From Patescibacteria group bacterium (GTDB taxonomy: Bacteria > Patescibacteriota > Saccharimonadia > Saccharimonadales > 2-12-FULL-41-12): a stretch of DNA of 64,000 nt. Numbering within the stretch: the stretch's first letter is position 1; every line of letters begins with the position of its first letter. The translations under genes were made by a program, and so were the position numbers. Shown in pieces: positions 1-10,257 of the stretch. Below the pieces are notes generated by a model. It was not told the DNA's origin and searched no databases. It was given only the letters and a program-made list of their open reading frames with translations. The stretch covers positions 251,004 through 315,003 of the forward strand of contig JBBTSC010000001.1 of assembly GCA_038064875.1 (NCBI GenBank), given 5' to 3'.

Positions 1-3000
1 TGAGAACATCTGTCTTACGATGATTTCAAGGTGTTTATCAGATATGTTCTGACCTTGCGATACAAAGATCTTAAGAATTTCGTTCATGATGTATCGCTGT
101 GTTGGTTCAACACCTTGGAGTCGCATCAAATCATGTAGATTGATCGAACCATTAGTAAGTCTTTGTCCGGCAACTACGGCTTCGCCATCTTTGACCATAA
201 CTTGTTTGTAACCTGGAACTGCGTATTTGATAACGCTTTGCCCGACAGGAACAACTTTGATTTTCTTTTTAGTCAAGTGAACTTTACCAGCAACAGGTGC
301 GATAAGTGGGTTTTCTCCAGCTTCTCCAGTTGCGAGTACATCACCAACTGCGACCACTGTGCCTTCGGCAACATTTACAGTTCGATCACCGATAACAAGT
401 TCCGCAGGTTCAGCCTGGTCATCTGTTACCTGAACGATGTAATTATCACCCTCTTCCCATACATTTACCTTACCTGGGATATCAGACAAGAATGCTTTAC
501 CTTTTGGTATACGAACTTCAAAGATCTCTTCTACACGAGGCAAACCTTGGGTAATATCATCAGCAGCAGCTACACCACCACTGTGGAATGTTCGAAGTGT
601 TAGCTGTGTACCTGGCTCACCGATACTCTGTGCAGCAATAACACCAATTGGGCTATTAAGTGCAACTAATTGGCCAGTTGCAGGATCAAGACCGTAACTC
701 TTTGGATGTACACCATTAAGTGCACTACAGCTAAGCACGCTCATAATTCGTGCGCCGTCAATTGAGCTATCGTCTTCAATTTTTTGAGCTACTTCAGGAG
801 AAATTAATTCACCTTTTTTAACGTAATCACCGATTTTCTCGGCAGCATAACGTCCAGCAAGTCGTGAGCTATAGGCAACACCAATTTCTTCTGCATCAGA
901 TCGATACATAGCGAATCCTGGGTCTTCTGCATTCTCTTCAACAGAGAACACATCCTGAGCAACGTCGACCAAACGACGAGTCAGATAGCCTGAGTCAGCA
1001 GTCTTAAGCGCTGTGTCGATCAAACCTTTACGAGCACCACGAGCAGAGATAAAGTATTCAAGTGGATCAAGTCCGTCACGGTAGTTACTTCGAACCGGAA
1101 GTTCCATAGCCTTACCAGTAGCGTCAGACAATATACCTACAGAACCAATAACCTGCTTCACCTGCACAATAGAACCACGAGCTCCAGAAGTCACAGCAAG
1201 TGACATAGCTGAATTCTCTGTAGCGAATTGTTTAGTTAGAGCTTCTTGAACTGCTTCATCAGCCTGTGTCCAAGTCTCGATGGTTAGACGGTAACGCTCA
1301 TCATCTGTAATAAATCCTTGAGCAAATTGCTCAGAGACTGCGGCAGCTCTATCTTCAGCCTTGCCCAAGATTGTATCCAAGTTCTTAACGTTGATAAAGT
1401 CACTCATACCCATAGAAAGTCCTGAGTTTGTTGCAGACCTAAATCCTAGTTCTTTCAACTTATCAGCTATCTTGGCACTGATGTCCTGGCCGTACTGTGC
1501 GTACGCTTTGGCCATAGTTGCTGATAGCTTTTTCTTAGTCATAGGTTCGTCAACATATGGGAAATCTTCTGGGAAAATTTCGTTGAAGAGGAATCGTCCA
1601 AGTGTACTTGTGATTTTCTCACCACGAAACTCTAGTGAGACAAGGTCTTGTAGTGTTAGATCACCAGCTTCATGAGCCATCATAGCCTCACTAATAGAAG
1701 TGAACGGGCGAACTGACTCGTCAGCATTTGGTGGTCGGTATGTTAGATAGTAACAACCAAGCACAATATCTTGTTCGATGTGTAAGATTGGTGAACCATC
1801 AGCAGGTTTTAGCAAGTTCTTTCCAGCTGCCATAATGTCCCGAGCCTCTGCTTGCGCAAGGTCAGAAAGTGGCAAGTGAACTGCCATTTGGTCACCATCA
1901 AAGTCAGCGTTAAAGCCCTTACAAACAAGTGGGTTCAGCTGTATAGCCTTACCTTCAATAAGTACTGGCTGGAAAGCCTGGATACTCAGACGGTGAAGAC
2001 TCGGTGCACGGTTAAGAAGTACGTATTTTCCTTTAATAACGTGGTCAAGCGCATCCCAAACAGCAATTTCAGATGTTTCAATCATCCGGGTTGCACTACG
2101 AATGTTGTGCGCAAAATCGAGTTCGATCAATCGTCCGATAACAAACGGCTTGAACAGTTCAAGGGCCATCATCTTCGGTAGACCACATTGATCCATAGTC
2201 AGCTCAGGACCAGCAACAATCACAGAACGGCCTGAGTAGTCAACACGCTTACCAAGTAAGTTCTGACGGAATCGTCCTTGCTTACCTTTTAACATGTCGC
2301 TAAGTGATTTTAGTCGTCGCTTTTGAGAAGTTGCAGCCACAGCCTTACCGGTACGTGAACTTCCGTTATCAATAAGCGCATCCACGGCTTCTTGAAGCAT
2401 ACGTTGTTCGTTTCTCTGGATAACTTCTGGGGCATTTAGATCGATTAATTTCTTTAGACGATTATTTCGGTTGATTACACGTCGATAAAGATCATTTAGG
2501 TCAGATGTTGCAAAACGTCCACCGGTCAACTGCACCATTGGGCGAAGATCTGGAGGAATCACAGGAAGTACTGTTATACACATACTTGAAGGTTTAATAC
2601 TTGATTTTTCCATGCTTTCAAGCAATCGAAGGCGTTTTAGGATCTTTTTCTTACGTTGTCCTTTTACTTCTTCTGCTTCTTTTGACAATTCATCAATAAG
2701 TTTTGCTAGATCTATTTCTACAAGCAAGTCTTTTATAGCCTTACCACCCATGCCAACTTTAACAACTTTTTGTAGGTTGTCAGGAAGTTCTCGGTAGTCG
2801 TTCTCACTGATAAGTCCGTATTTATTTAGGGTTGTGATCTGATCTTTTAGAGTTATGAAATCACTTTCTAGCTCTTCGAGTTCTTCAGTTTGTCTCTTGG
2901 CAAGTTCTTTTACGTCTGCACCTTCAGCTTTAGCTTCTTCTTCGTATCGAAGTTTTATAGCTTGCGTGGCAGCTTCAAATTCAGCTTCTTTCTCAGTCAA

Positions 3001-3459
3001 AATCTGATCACGCTTTTCTTCGTCAACAGATTTAACTACGTAGCTTGCGAAGTAGGCAATTCGCTCTAAGTTCTTAACTGTCATACCTAGAACTAGACCA
3101 ATAGCTGACGGTGTGCCACGAAGGAACCAAATGTGCGCTACAGGTACTGCAAGAGCAATGTGTGCCATTCTCTCACGTCGAACGATTGACCGTGTGACAA
3201 GCTCACCGTTCTTATCAACAGCTGCTTCGCGAGAACGTATTCCTTTATATTTAGCGTCGTGTGGATTGATGTCTTTCACTGGACCGAAAATTCGCTCACA
3301 GAACAGACCATCTCTCTCTGGTTTTTGTGTTCGATAGTTGATAGTCTCTGGCTTAGTAACCTCACCATGACTCCAGTCTTTAATGTCTTCAGGACTAGCA
3401 ATAGCAAGTTGGACTGCATCAAAGTCAGCAATGTTTATTCCGCTTGAATATCGTCTCAT
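1..3459 (-). CDS. rpoC: DNA-directed RNA polymerase subunit beta-prime, 3' end outside the window
   Basis: Reverse translation from ATG 3459-3457 gives [60 protein letters not shown]..., the conserved RpoC N-terminus. The frame stays open to base 1 (...[13 protein letters not shown]). GGAGG lies 8 nt upstream, inside rpoB. It is missing from the ORF track because no stop codon falls in the window. Confidence 0.97.
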   Translation of the reverse strand, partial: MRRYSSGINIADFDAVQLAIASPEDIKDWSHGEVTKPETINYRTQKPERDGLFCERIFGPVKDINPHDAKYKGIRSREAAVDKNGELVTRSIVRRERMAHIALAVPVAHIWFLRGTPSAIGLVLGMTVKNLERIAYFASYVVKSVDEEKRDQILTEKEAEFEAATQAIKLRYEEEAKAEGADVKELAKRQTEELEELESDFITLKDQITTLNKYGLISENDYRELPDNLQKVVKVGMGGKAIKDLLVEIDLAKLIDELSKEAEEVKGQRKKKILKRLRLLESMEKSSIKPSSMCITVLPVIPPDLRPMVQLTGGRFATSDLNDLYRRVINRNNRLKKLIDLNAPEVIQRNEQRMLQEAVDALIDNGSSRTGKAVAATSQKRRLKSLSDMLKGKQGRFRQNLLGKRVDYSGRSVIVAGPELTMDQCGLPKMMALELFKPFVIGRLIELDFAHNIRSATRMIETSEIAVWDALDHVIKGKYVLLNRAPSLHRLSIQAFQPVLIEGKAIQLNPLVCKGFNADFDGDQMAVHLPLSDLAQAEARDIMAAGKNLLKPADGSPILHIEQDIVLGCYYLTYRPPNADESVRPFTSISEAMMAHEAGDLTLQDLVSLEFRGEKITSTLGRFLFNEIFPEDFPYVDEPMTKKKLSATMAKAYAQYGQDISAKIADKLKELGFRSATNSGLSMGMSDFINVKNLDTILGKAEDRAAAVSEQFAQGFITDDERYRLTIETWTQADEAVQEALTKQFATENSAMSLAVTSGARGSIVQVKQVIGSVGILSDATGKAMELPVRSNYRDGLDPLEYFISARGARKGLIDTALKTADSGYLTRRLVDVAQDVFSVEENAEDPGFAMYRSDAEEIGVAYSSRLAGRYAAEKIGDYVKKGELISPEVAQKIEDDSSIDGARIMSVLSCSALNGVHPKSYGLDPATGQLVALNSPIGVIAAQSIGEPGTQLTLRTFHSGGVAAADDITQGLPRVEEIFEVRIPKGKAFLSDIPGKVNVWEEGDNYIVQVTDDQAEPAELVIGDRTVNVAEGTVVAVGDVLATGEAGENPLIAPVAGKVHLTKKKIKVVPVGQSVIKYAVPGYKQVMVKDGEAVVAGQRLTNGSINLHDLMRLQGVEPTQRYIMNEILKIFVSQGQNISDKHLEIIVRQMFS

Positions 3460-6400
3460 CTATTTGTCCTCCGTATCTTTAGTGCTTGTTTCAAAATTCT
3501 CTTCTGGATCTGGCGTCGCGTCTTCATCATCACTGGCTGGTTGAGCAGAGCTCAGGCCATCTTCAAAGTCCATATCTTTAAATTCATCAGCAATAGACTC
3601 TTCTGTGATGTCTATATTATTGATCTCTGCACTCGGTACCTCGACAGTCGCAGGGGCGTTAGCCTCTTCAACAATAGTCTCAGCTAGTACTGTCTCTGCA
3701 TCAATAGTTTCTTGATTAGTAATCAAATCAACTTTTAGCCCAAGACCTTGTAGTTCTTTAACAAGAACGTTGAAGCTCTCTGGAACGCGTGGTCCGACAA
3801 TTTCAGTTTGTTTGATAATAGACTCGTAGGCTTTACTTCGTCCATACACATCATCTGACTTGATAGTTAACATTTCCTGAAGAGTATTTGCAGCGCCATA
3901 AGCCTCAAGCGCCCATACTTCCATCTCTCCAAATCGCTGACCACCATTTTGCGCCTTACCACCAAGAGGTTGTTGAGTAACCATAGTGTAAGGACCAGTG
4001 GAACGAGCGTGGATCTTGTCGTTGACCATGTGTGTTAGCTTGAGCATATACATGTTACCAACTACAGTTCGTTCGCTAAACGGTTCACCTGTTCGACCGT
4101 CAAATAGCTGTCGTTTACCATCTTCTGGAAGCTTGGCTTCTTTGAGCATTTCTTTAATCTTCTCTACTGGCATTCCACCAAATGAGGGGGTTGATACCTT
4201 GATACCAAGAGCTCTTGCAGCCATACCGAGGTGAGTCTCGAACAACTGGCCTAAGTTCATACGACTTGGCACACCCATCGGGTTGAGCACGATATCTACA
4301 GGAGTTCCATCTTCTAGGTACGGCATGTCTTCTATTGGAAGTACTTTGGCAATAACACCTTTGTTACCGTGACGTCCAGCTAGCTTATCACCAACTTGGA
4401 CTTTTCGCATTTGCGCCACAAAGACCTGGATTTGCATAATCACACCGGCTTTTAGTTCGTGACCTTTAGCTCGTGAGAATACTTTAACTCCTACAACTTT
4501 ACCGTGTTTTCCGTTACTCATTCGTTGTGATGTATCACGCACTTCTTTAGCTTTTTCGCCAAAGATAGCACGAAGTAGTCTTTCCTCACTTGAAAGCTCT
4601 TGCTCTCCCTTTGGAGTAATCTTACCAACTAATATGTCACCTGGATGAACTTCTGCACCAACACGAACAATTCCTTCTTCGTCTAAGTGTCTAAGAGCAT
4701 CTTCAGAAACATTCGGGATATCACCTGTAACAACTTCAGGTCCAAGCTTCGTCTCACGCACTTCTGTCATGTAATCAACAATATGTACGCTGGTCAGCGT
4801 GTCATCTTCAACAAGTTTACGAGAAATGACCATTGCATCTTCGAAGTTATAACCGTTCCAAGGCATAAATGCCACAACAAGATCTCTTCCAAGTGCAAGC
4901 TCACCGCCGTCAATTGACATTCCTTCAATCAACACGTCACCTTTTTTAACCTTTTCGCCAGTTGAGACAACAGCCTTTTGGTTAATAGATGTTCCTTCGT
5001 TACTTCGCATGAAGTGGCTGAGTTTGTAAGTAGATTTTTTACCTTTATATGACACGACAACTTGCTCGGCAGTCGAACTAACAATTTCACCATCAGCCTC
5101 AGCTACAACGAGCTGTCCACTGTTTTTAGCAATATCTGCCTCAACACCAGTACCTACAATAGGTGACTGCGGATTGATAAGCGGAACTGCTTGTTTTTGT
5201 TGGTTAGATCCCACAAGAGCACGGTCGACACGGTCACGCTCTACAAAAGGCACAAGCCCCGCAAGTGCTCCAACAATTTGATTATTGGCAGCGTCCATGT
5301 GCGTTACTTCATTTGAGTCGTTTTCACCAACTTGCAGACGGGTTCTAGCACTAACACGAGATTCCTTGAAATATCCGTCTTTGCCAACCACGTTACCAGC
5401 ACCAGCAATCACAGCTTTTTCTTCGTCATAAGCGTTCAAATAAATAATTTCATCTGTTACTTTGGCTTTTACTGGCCATGTCTTTTGGGTTGTTACTTTA
5501 GCAAGCTTTTCTGCATCGGCTTTAGTGATATCTTTACCTGCCTTAACGATTGTCTTGCCTTTAGCATCTTCTAGATTAACGCTCGCAATGTGGCCAACAG
5601 CATTTTTAGCTGTAACCGCGTTTGTAACCTTAAGATAAGGTGTTTCGATAAATCCATAGTCGTTAATACGTGCATAATTAGCAAGGTTAAGTACAAGTCC
5701 GATGTTTGCACCTTCCGGTGTTTCTACTGCACAAATACGTCCATAGTGAGTGGCATGTGCATCACGGACTTCAAATCCAGCACGTTCACGAGATAGTCCA
5801 CCAGGACCCATAGAACTCAGACGTCGCTTGTGAGCAAGTTCGCTCACTGGATTAATCTGATCCATAAACTGTGACAATTGTGAACTAGCAAAGAATTCAC
5901 GTACTGCAGCCACAACCGGACGTGCGTTGACTAGCTGGGCAGGCGTAACTGTTTCGATCTCGCTCATACTCATACGATCTTTTGTATTTCGCTCCATTCG
6001 AAGCAGTCCAATCCTAAATTGTCTTTGGATAAGCTCACCAACCAACTTAACGCGTCGGTTTGCAAGACTATCGATGTCATCAGCAGGATCACCTGTGATA
6101 TTAAGGCGGATAAGTTCTGCAATGATTGCTTTAAGGTCTTCAAGTCGCAAAATGCGGTTTTCTGAAGTATTTGGGATGTCAATATCAAGACGCTTATTGA
6201 TTTTGTATCGTCCCACGCGTGAGAAATCAAATCGCTTGTAGTTAAAGAACATGTTTTCGATCAAACTCTTTGCGTTATCAACAGTAGCCAAATCTCCTGG
6301 TCGAAGTCGTCGATAAACTTCAATAAGAGCTTCGCTCGTAGTACTAGAAGGGTCTTTGTCGATTGTTGCTTGCAAGAAGCTCTTTGCCCCTTGATCAACA

Positions 6401-7047
6401 TGCGCAAATGATTGTTTCATATCAGCCTCAGACATACCAAGAGCACGGAGAAGAGTTGATGCAGGAAGTTTTCGTTTACGGTCAATCTTGACAAAGATTA
6501 CTCCGGCTGCAGATGTCTCAAATTCGAGCCATGCACCACGTCCTGGAATAACTTTTGCGCCATATAGGTTACGTCCTGTTGCGTTTTCTGCAGTAAAGAA
6601 AACACCAGCTGAACGAATCAACTGGCTTACAACGACACGCTCTGCGCCATTAATCACAAAAGTACCTCGGTCTGTCATCCATGGGAAATCACCAAGATAA
6701 ATTTCTTGCTCCTTAACTTCACCTGTCACTTTGTTGGTGAGCACTACTGTGGCCCGCAGTGGTGCTTCATAACTTACATTGTTCTCATGAGCTTCCAGCT
6801 CAGTAATCTTCGGATCGTCGAACTTATAAGACTTAAAATCTAGTGTTAATTTGTTGCCAGTATAATCGTCAATAGGGGTGATTTCGTGAAAAAGCTCTTC
6901 CAATCCTTCTTCAACAAACCACTGAAATGAACGACTTTGATGATCAATCAAATCTGGTAATTGTATTTTTGTATCTGTGTCTATAAGACTTTTTCTTTTT
7001 GTGTTTTGTACTTTTGCGCTAGTTGCTTTGGCCATAAATTTACGCAT
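3460..7047 (-). CDS. rpoB: DNA-directed RNA polymerase subunit beta with an acidic C-terminal tail
   Basis: 1195-aa ORF with RpoB motifs (GDKLAGRHGNKGV, NPLGVPSRMN-like NPMGVPSRMNLGQ, QRFGEMEVWALEAYGA). AAGGAG lies just upstream of ATG 7047. The TAG stop abuts the rpoC ATG. Confidence 0.98.
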   Translation of the reverse strand: MRKFMAKATSAKVQNTKRKSLIDTDTKIQLPDLIDHQSRSFQWFVEEGLEELFHEITPIDDYTGNKLTLDFKSYKFDDPKITELEAHENNVSYEAPLRATVVLTNKVTGEVKEQEIYLGDFPWMTDRGTFVINGAERVVVSQLIRSAGVFFTAENATGRNLYGAKVIPGRGAWLEFETSAAGVIFVKIDRKRKLPASTLLRALGMSEADMKQSFAHVDQGAKSFLQATIDKDPSSTTSEALIEVYRRLRPGDLATVDNAKSLIENMFFNYKRFDFSRVGRYKINKRLDIDIPNTSENRILRLEDLKAIIAELIRLNITGDPADDIDSLANRRVKLVGELIQRQFRIGLLRMERNTKDRMSMSEIETVTPAQLVNARPVVAAVREFFASSQLSQFMDQINPVSELAHKRRLSSMGPGGLSRERAGFEVRDAHATHYGRICAVETPEGANIGLVLNLANYARINDYGFIETPYLKVTNAVTAKNAVGHIASVNLEDAKGKTIVKAGKDITKADAEKLAKVTTQKTWPVKAKVTDEIIYLNAYDEEKAVIAGAGNVVGKDGYFKESRVSARTRLQVGENDSNEVTHMDAANNQIVGALAGLVPFVERDRVDRALVGSNQQKQAVPLINPQSPIVGTGVEADIAKNSGQLVVAEADGEIVSSTAEQVVVSYKGKKSTYKLSHFMRSNEGTSINQKAVVSTGEKVKKGDVLIEGMSIDGGELALGRDLVVAFMPWNGYNFEDAMVISRKLVEDDTLTSVHIVDYMTEVRETKLGPEVVTGDIPNVSEDALRHLDEEGIVRVGAEVHPGDILVGKITPKGEQELSSEERLLRAIFGEKAKEVRDTSQRMSNGKHGKVVGVKVFSRAKGHELKAGVIMQIQVFVAQMRKVQVGDKLAGRHGNKGVIAKVLPIEDMPYLEDGTPVDIVLNPMGVPSRMNLGQLFETHLGMAARALGIKVSTPSFGGMPVEKIKEMLKEAKLPEDGKRQLFDGRTGEPFSERTVVGNMYMLKLTHMVNDKIHARSTGPYTMVTQQPLGGKAQNGGQRFGEMEVWALEAYGAANTLQEMLTIKSDDVYGRSKAYESIIKQTEIVGPRVPESFNVLVKELQGLGLKVDLITNQETIDAETVLAETIVEEANAPATVEVPSAEINNIDITEESIADEFKDMDFEDGLSSAQPASDDEDATPDPEENFETSTKDTEDK

Positions 7048-7187
7048 ATCTCCTTAAATTATTTTGATAGTACACCTGCATACGCCTCACTTGGATATTT
7101 GAGGCTGGTGTAACACTTTATTAATGGAAGAAAACTGCGACTTTTTTTGACAATAGCAAAAGTATCGCCCACTACTTCTTGTATCTC

Positions 7188-7217
7188 AGTGTACTACATC
7201 TGAAAACTTTCTGTCAA
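7188..7217 (-). promoter_or_regulatory. Candidate sigma70-type promoter for rpoBC (TTGACA-N18-TACACT)
   Basis: On the minus strand, TTGACA is at 7217-7212 and TACACT at 7193-7188, with 18 nt between them. This would give an rpoB leader of about 140 nt. Confidence 0.45.
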
Positions 7218-7237
7218 GAATATTACAGAAATTATAT

Positions 7238-7837
7238 TTATTTAGTTATAACTTGGTCGACTAGACCGTATTTTTTGGACTCTTCGGCTGTCATCCAGAA
7301 GTCTCTCTCCATATCTACATGAATCTTGGCAAGCTTTTGGCCAGTATTCTCTGCCATGATTTGCTCAAGTAGTCTCTTGACTCTGAGTGACTCTTTTAGA
7401 TCAATTTCTTGATCTGTAACTTTGCCTCGCGTACCGCTTGAAGGCTGGTGGATCATGACAGTCGCATGCTTTAGAAGTGATCTCTTGCCTTTAGCCCCAC
7501 TTGATAGTAAAAATGCTGCAGCACTCGCTTGTACACCAATACCAATAGTCTGAACGTCAGGTTTGATGTAATTCATCGTATCGTAGATAGCAAGCGCATC
7601 ATAGACACTCCCACCAGGGCTATTAATATATAGCTTAATATCTTGAGTAGCGTCTTCGTTTGCCAGAAAAAGTAGTTGAGCCACAATCAAGTTGGCACTG
7701 TGTTCATTAACGTCTGTTCCCAAGAAGATAATTCGGTCTTTGAGCAAACGACTGTAAATATCATACGCTCGCTCAATACGCCCCTCTTGTTCAATCACGG
7801 TTGGTATAAGTACTGATTGCGGAGATTTGTTAGTCAT
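7238..7837 (-). CDS. clpP: ATP-dependent Clp protease proteolytic subunit
   Basis: ClpP family with the Ser-His-Asp context retained ([26 protein letters not shown]). The ORF track starts at TTG 7855, but that codon lies upstream of the predicted -10 box, so ATG 7837 (MTNKSPQS...) is preferred. Confidence 0.93.
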   Translation of the reverse strand: MTNKSPQSVLIPTVIEQEGRIERAYDIYSRLLKDRIIFLGTDVNEHSANLIVAQLLFLANEDATQDIKLYINSPGGSVYDALAIYDTMNYIKPDVQTIGIGVQASAAAFLLSSGAKGKRSLLKHATVMIHQPSSGTRGKVTDQEIDLKESLRVKRLLEQIMAENTGQKLAKIHVDMERDFWMTAEESKKYGLVDQVITK

Positions 7838-7844
7838 ATCAACA

Positions 7845-7882
7845 ATTATAGCCAACTAGCACTCGTGAGTCAAGAGTGCTAA
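7845..7882 (-). promoter_or_regulatory. CIRCE inverted repeat fused to the clpP promoter
   Basis: Minus strand reads TTAGCACTC-TTGACTCAC-GAGTGCTAG (7882-7856), matching the CIRCE consensus TTAGCACTC-N9-GAGTGCTAA in 17 of 18 arm positions. TTGACT inside the spacer, then 17 nt, then TATAAT (7850-7845) forms a sigma70-like promoter. Confidence 0.8.
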
Positions 7883-7883
7883 T

Positions 7884-8891
7884 TTAGATATCCTGCTCTT
7901 GTAATTTAGCTATGTTTTCCATGAGCCGAATGCGAACTCCTGTGTAGCAAGTTTCTAGCCGTCCTTCGAAATTTAGATCTGGAATCTGTGGTGACATAGG
8001 TGATTTACAATAACCAATGCTCTTACCTATAGTCTTTCTCATTACTGCTTTTGCAGGCAACGGATTGGGTGCTTCGTCAGAAGAAGCAAACTCGTATGAC
8101 TCTTGGAGTATATTGTCGATAGCCCTTGCCCTACCACCATCTTTAAAAGAAGGAAGTTGCTTTGCTTCCCACATTTGCTTTATAAGACGAGGGGCCCAAT
8201 GGCTAACAACTGATATTGCGCCATCCGCACCTGCACCAAAATGACGCAAGTTAAGAGCATCATCGCCAGAATATACTAGAAAATCTGGGTTTTCTCTCTT
8301 AATCTCAGCTGTCTGGCCAGGATCACCTGATGCAATTTTTATACCTACGATATTATCTACACCACTAGCAAGCTTTAGGATAGTTTCTGTGTCTACTGCT
8401 CTTCCAGTCCGGGCTGGGATATCGTACATTATTACTGGTTTGCCATCCGCAGCATCTGCAACTCTTTCATAGTAGTCAATTATTCCTGCCTGTGGCGGCC
8501 TATTGTAATAAGGTGAAACTACGAGTAATCCACTAAGTTCTTCTATCTTACTAGCTTGTTCTGTAAGCTGAACTGCTTCTTTTGTGGTATTTGCTCCGGT
8601 ACCAGCCAGTACTGGGATATTGACATTATCTACAATATCTCTCACAAGCCTTACCTGATCACCAGAAGATAATGCGGAGCTTTCTCCTGTAGTCCCAGCG
8701 ATAACCAAACCTTCAGACCCAGATTCTTGCAAGAAATTAGCAACTTTCAGGGATTGTAAACGATCCGAGACATCAGCTCTAAAATCAAAAGGTGTGATCA
8801 TAGCAGTTATCACGGTTCCAAAAGGAGACCTTTCTACTATTTCTTGGTCAGTTTTTAATGGCGCAAGTTCCATTCTTGAATCAAAGCTCAT
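7884..8891 (-). CDS. DapA-family class I aldolase (dihydrodipicolinate synthase / N-acetylneuraminate lyase family); substrate not assigned
   Basis: Motifs GTTGES, SPYYNRP, YDIPARTG and the Schiff-base Lys context VGIKIASGD. It carries about 40 extra C-terminal residues compared with typical DapA. Confidence 0.85.
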   Translation of the reverse strand: MSFDSRMELAPLKTDQEIVERSPFGTVITAMITPFDFRADVSDRLQSLKVANFLQESGSEGLVIAGTTGESSALSSGDQVRLVRDIVDNVNIPVLAGTGANTTKEAVQLTEQASKIEELSGLLVVSPYYNRPPQAGIIDYYERVADAADGKPVIMYDIPARTGRAVDTETILKLASGVDNIVGIKIASGDPGQTAEIKRENPDFLVYSGDDALNLRHFGAGADGAISVVSHWAPRLIKQMWEAKQLPSFKDGGRARAIDNILQESYEFASSDEAPNPLPAKAVMRKTIGKSIGYCKSPMSPQIPDLNFEGRLETCYTGVRIRLMENIAKLQEQDI

Positions 8892-8953
8892 AGATACTCC
8901 TAAATTTATTCAATTTAATACAAATTATTGCAAATTGAGTATTTAAAAGCAAC

Positions 8954-10231
8954 TTATTGATATGTTTTGATTTTTTCTAGGGTTTTTTGAGTCAATAGCC
9001 GTGATGCAATATCTCGACGAGCTTCTGGCTGATTGAGCTGTTCCTGCATGGCAGGATCTTGATACTGTGCCTTAAGTTGGGTAATCTGAGCTTCAAGTTC
9101 TGCTGTCTCTAGCTTCACATCTTCATCCTTGGCTATTTCAGAGAGAAGTAAGCTGAATGCGATGTTTTTTTCTGCCTTTGGTGCAATAACTTCCTTTTCG
9201 TATTTTTCCTCTGTTGTGCCTTCCGAGGCAACGAATTCTTGATATGTCTGGCCTCTATATGTAAGATTCTTTTTTAGCTCATCAACTTCAAATGCAACTT
9301 GTTGAGTTATCAGAGCTTCAGGCAATTCGACTTTTGAGGTTGAGTGGATTTTCTCCATCAAATCGCTCTCATACTTGCGCTCTACGCCGGCACTTCGCTC
9401 TTGCTCTAAGTTAATTTTAATGTTCTCTTTGAGCTCTTCTAGTGTCTTAAATGGACCGACCTTCTTAGCAAGTTCATCATCTGCCTTTGGCAAAATAACT
9501 TCTTGAACTTTATTGACTTTGACAGTAAAAGTTACCTTGCGACCCGCAAGAGCCGTTACACCATAGTCTTTTGGAAAAGGTATAGTAAATGTCTTTTCCT
9601 CGCCTGCCTTGAGGCCTTCTACGTTTTCTTCAAATCCTGGGATAAAGGTCTTGCTACCAAGAATAATAGGGTAATCTTTGCCATCTGCGCCGTTAACTGG
9701 CTCACCTTTGGTATCTACGCCTTTGAAGTCAATCCAAACTTGGTCATCATTTTTAGCAACTCTATCAACGTCATTCTTCGTACTTTGCTGAACTTGCAGT
9801 GACTTAACCACCTCATCAACTTCTTTATCTGTGATCTTAACTACATCTTTCTTGACTGCCAGTTTTTTGTACTTACCGAGTTTAACCTCACCAATAATCT
9901 CTACTTGGGCCTCAAATTCAAGAACGTCGTAAGGTACTATCTTTTTGATCTCAATTGTTGGTTGAGCTATAGGGTTTAGATCTTGCCCCTGCAACGCTTC
10001 AACGTATAGCTGATTAATCGCTTCGTTTACGAATTCACTACTGAGAACTGCTGGATCGATATGCTTCTCAGCTACCTGAATAGGTGATTTGCCCTCGCGG
10101 AATCCTGGGATCTTAACATTCTGAGCTAATTTCTCAATAACTTTGTTTTTAATGGGCAACAATTCAACTTCTGTTGCAGTAATGGTTAATGTAACTTTGG
10201 TCTTGCTAACTTGTTTTTTCTCTACATGCAT
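8954..10231 (-). CDS. tig: Trigger factor
   Basis: 425 aa. The N-terminal ribosome-binding region contains GFREGK (GFRxGK motif), followed by a central PPIase-like domain and a C-terminal helical domain. Confidence 0.92.
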   Translation of the reverse strand: MHVEKKQVSKTKVTLTITATEVELLPIKNKVIEKLAQNVKIPGFREGKSPIQVAEKHIDPAVLSSEFVNEAINQLYVEALQGQDLNPIAQPTIEIKKIVPYDVLEFEAQVEIIGEVKLGKYKKLAVKKDVVKITDKEVDEVVKSLQVQQSTKNDVDRVAKNDDQVWIDFKGVDTKGEPVNGADGKDYPIILGSKTFIPGFEENVEGLKAGEEKTFTIPFPKDYGVTALAGRKVTFTVKVNKVQEVILPKADDELAKKVGPFKTLEELKENIKINLEQERSAGVERKYESDLMEKIHSTSKVELPEALITQQVAFEVDELKKNLTYRGQTYQEFVASEGTTEEKYEKEVIAPKAEKNIAFSLLLSEIAKDEDVKLETAELEAQITQLKAQYQDPAMQEQLNQPEARRDIASRLLTQKTLEKIKTYQ

Positions 10232-10257
10232 AAGGTGATATCCTACCAGAAAACTTC

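Noticed and set aside
5927-6241. Antisense or shadow ORFs inside long genes (for example 5927-6241, 17432-17821, 20722-21148, 21776-22252, 27367-27816, 38429-38803, 40642-41067, 42219-42629, 61224-61565).
   Set aside because: Each lies entirely within a well-supported conserved gene on the opposite strand. Their composition is low-complexity or Ser/Leu/Phe-biased, typical of the antisense frames of AT-rich genes. None has a ribosome-binding site or recognisable motif.
7838-7855. TTG start of clpP at 7855.
   Set aside because: It lies upstream of the predicted TATAAT box and overlaps the promoter spacer. ATG 7837 keeps the full conserved ClpP core.
7856-7882. CtsR operator (tandem A/GGTCAAA heptads) upstream of clpP and clpC.
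   Set aside because: Only a single AGTCAAG occurs, on the plus strand inside the CIRCE spacer, with no direct repeat. The inverted repeat matches CIRCE instead.
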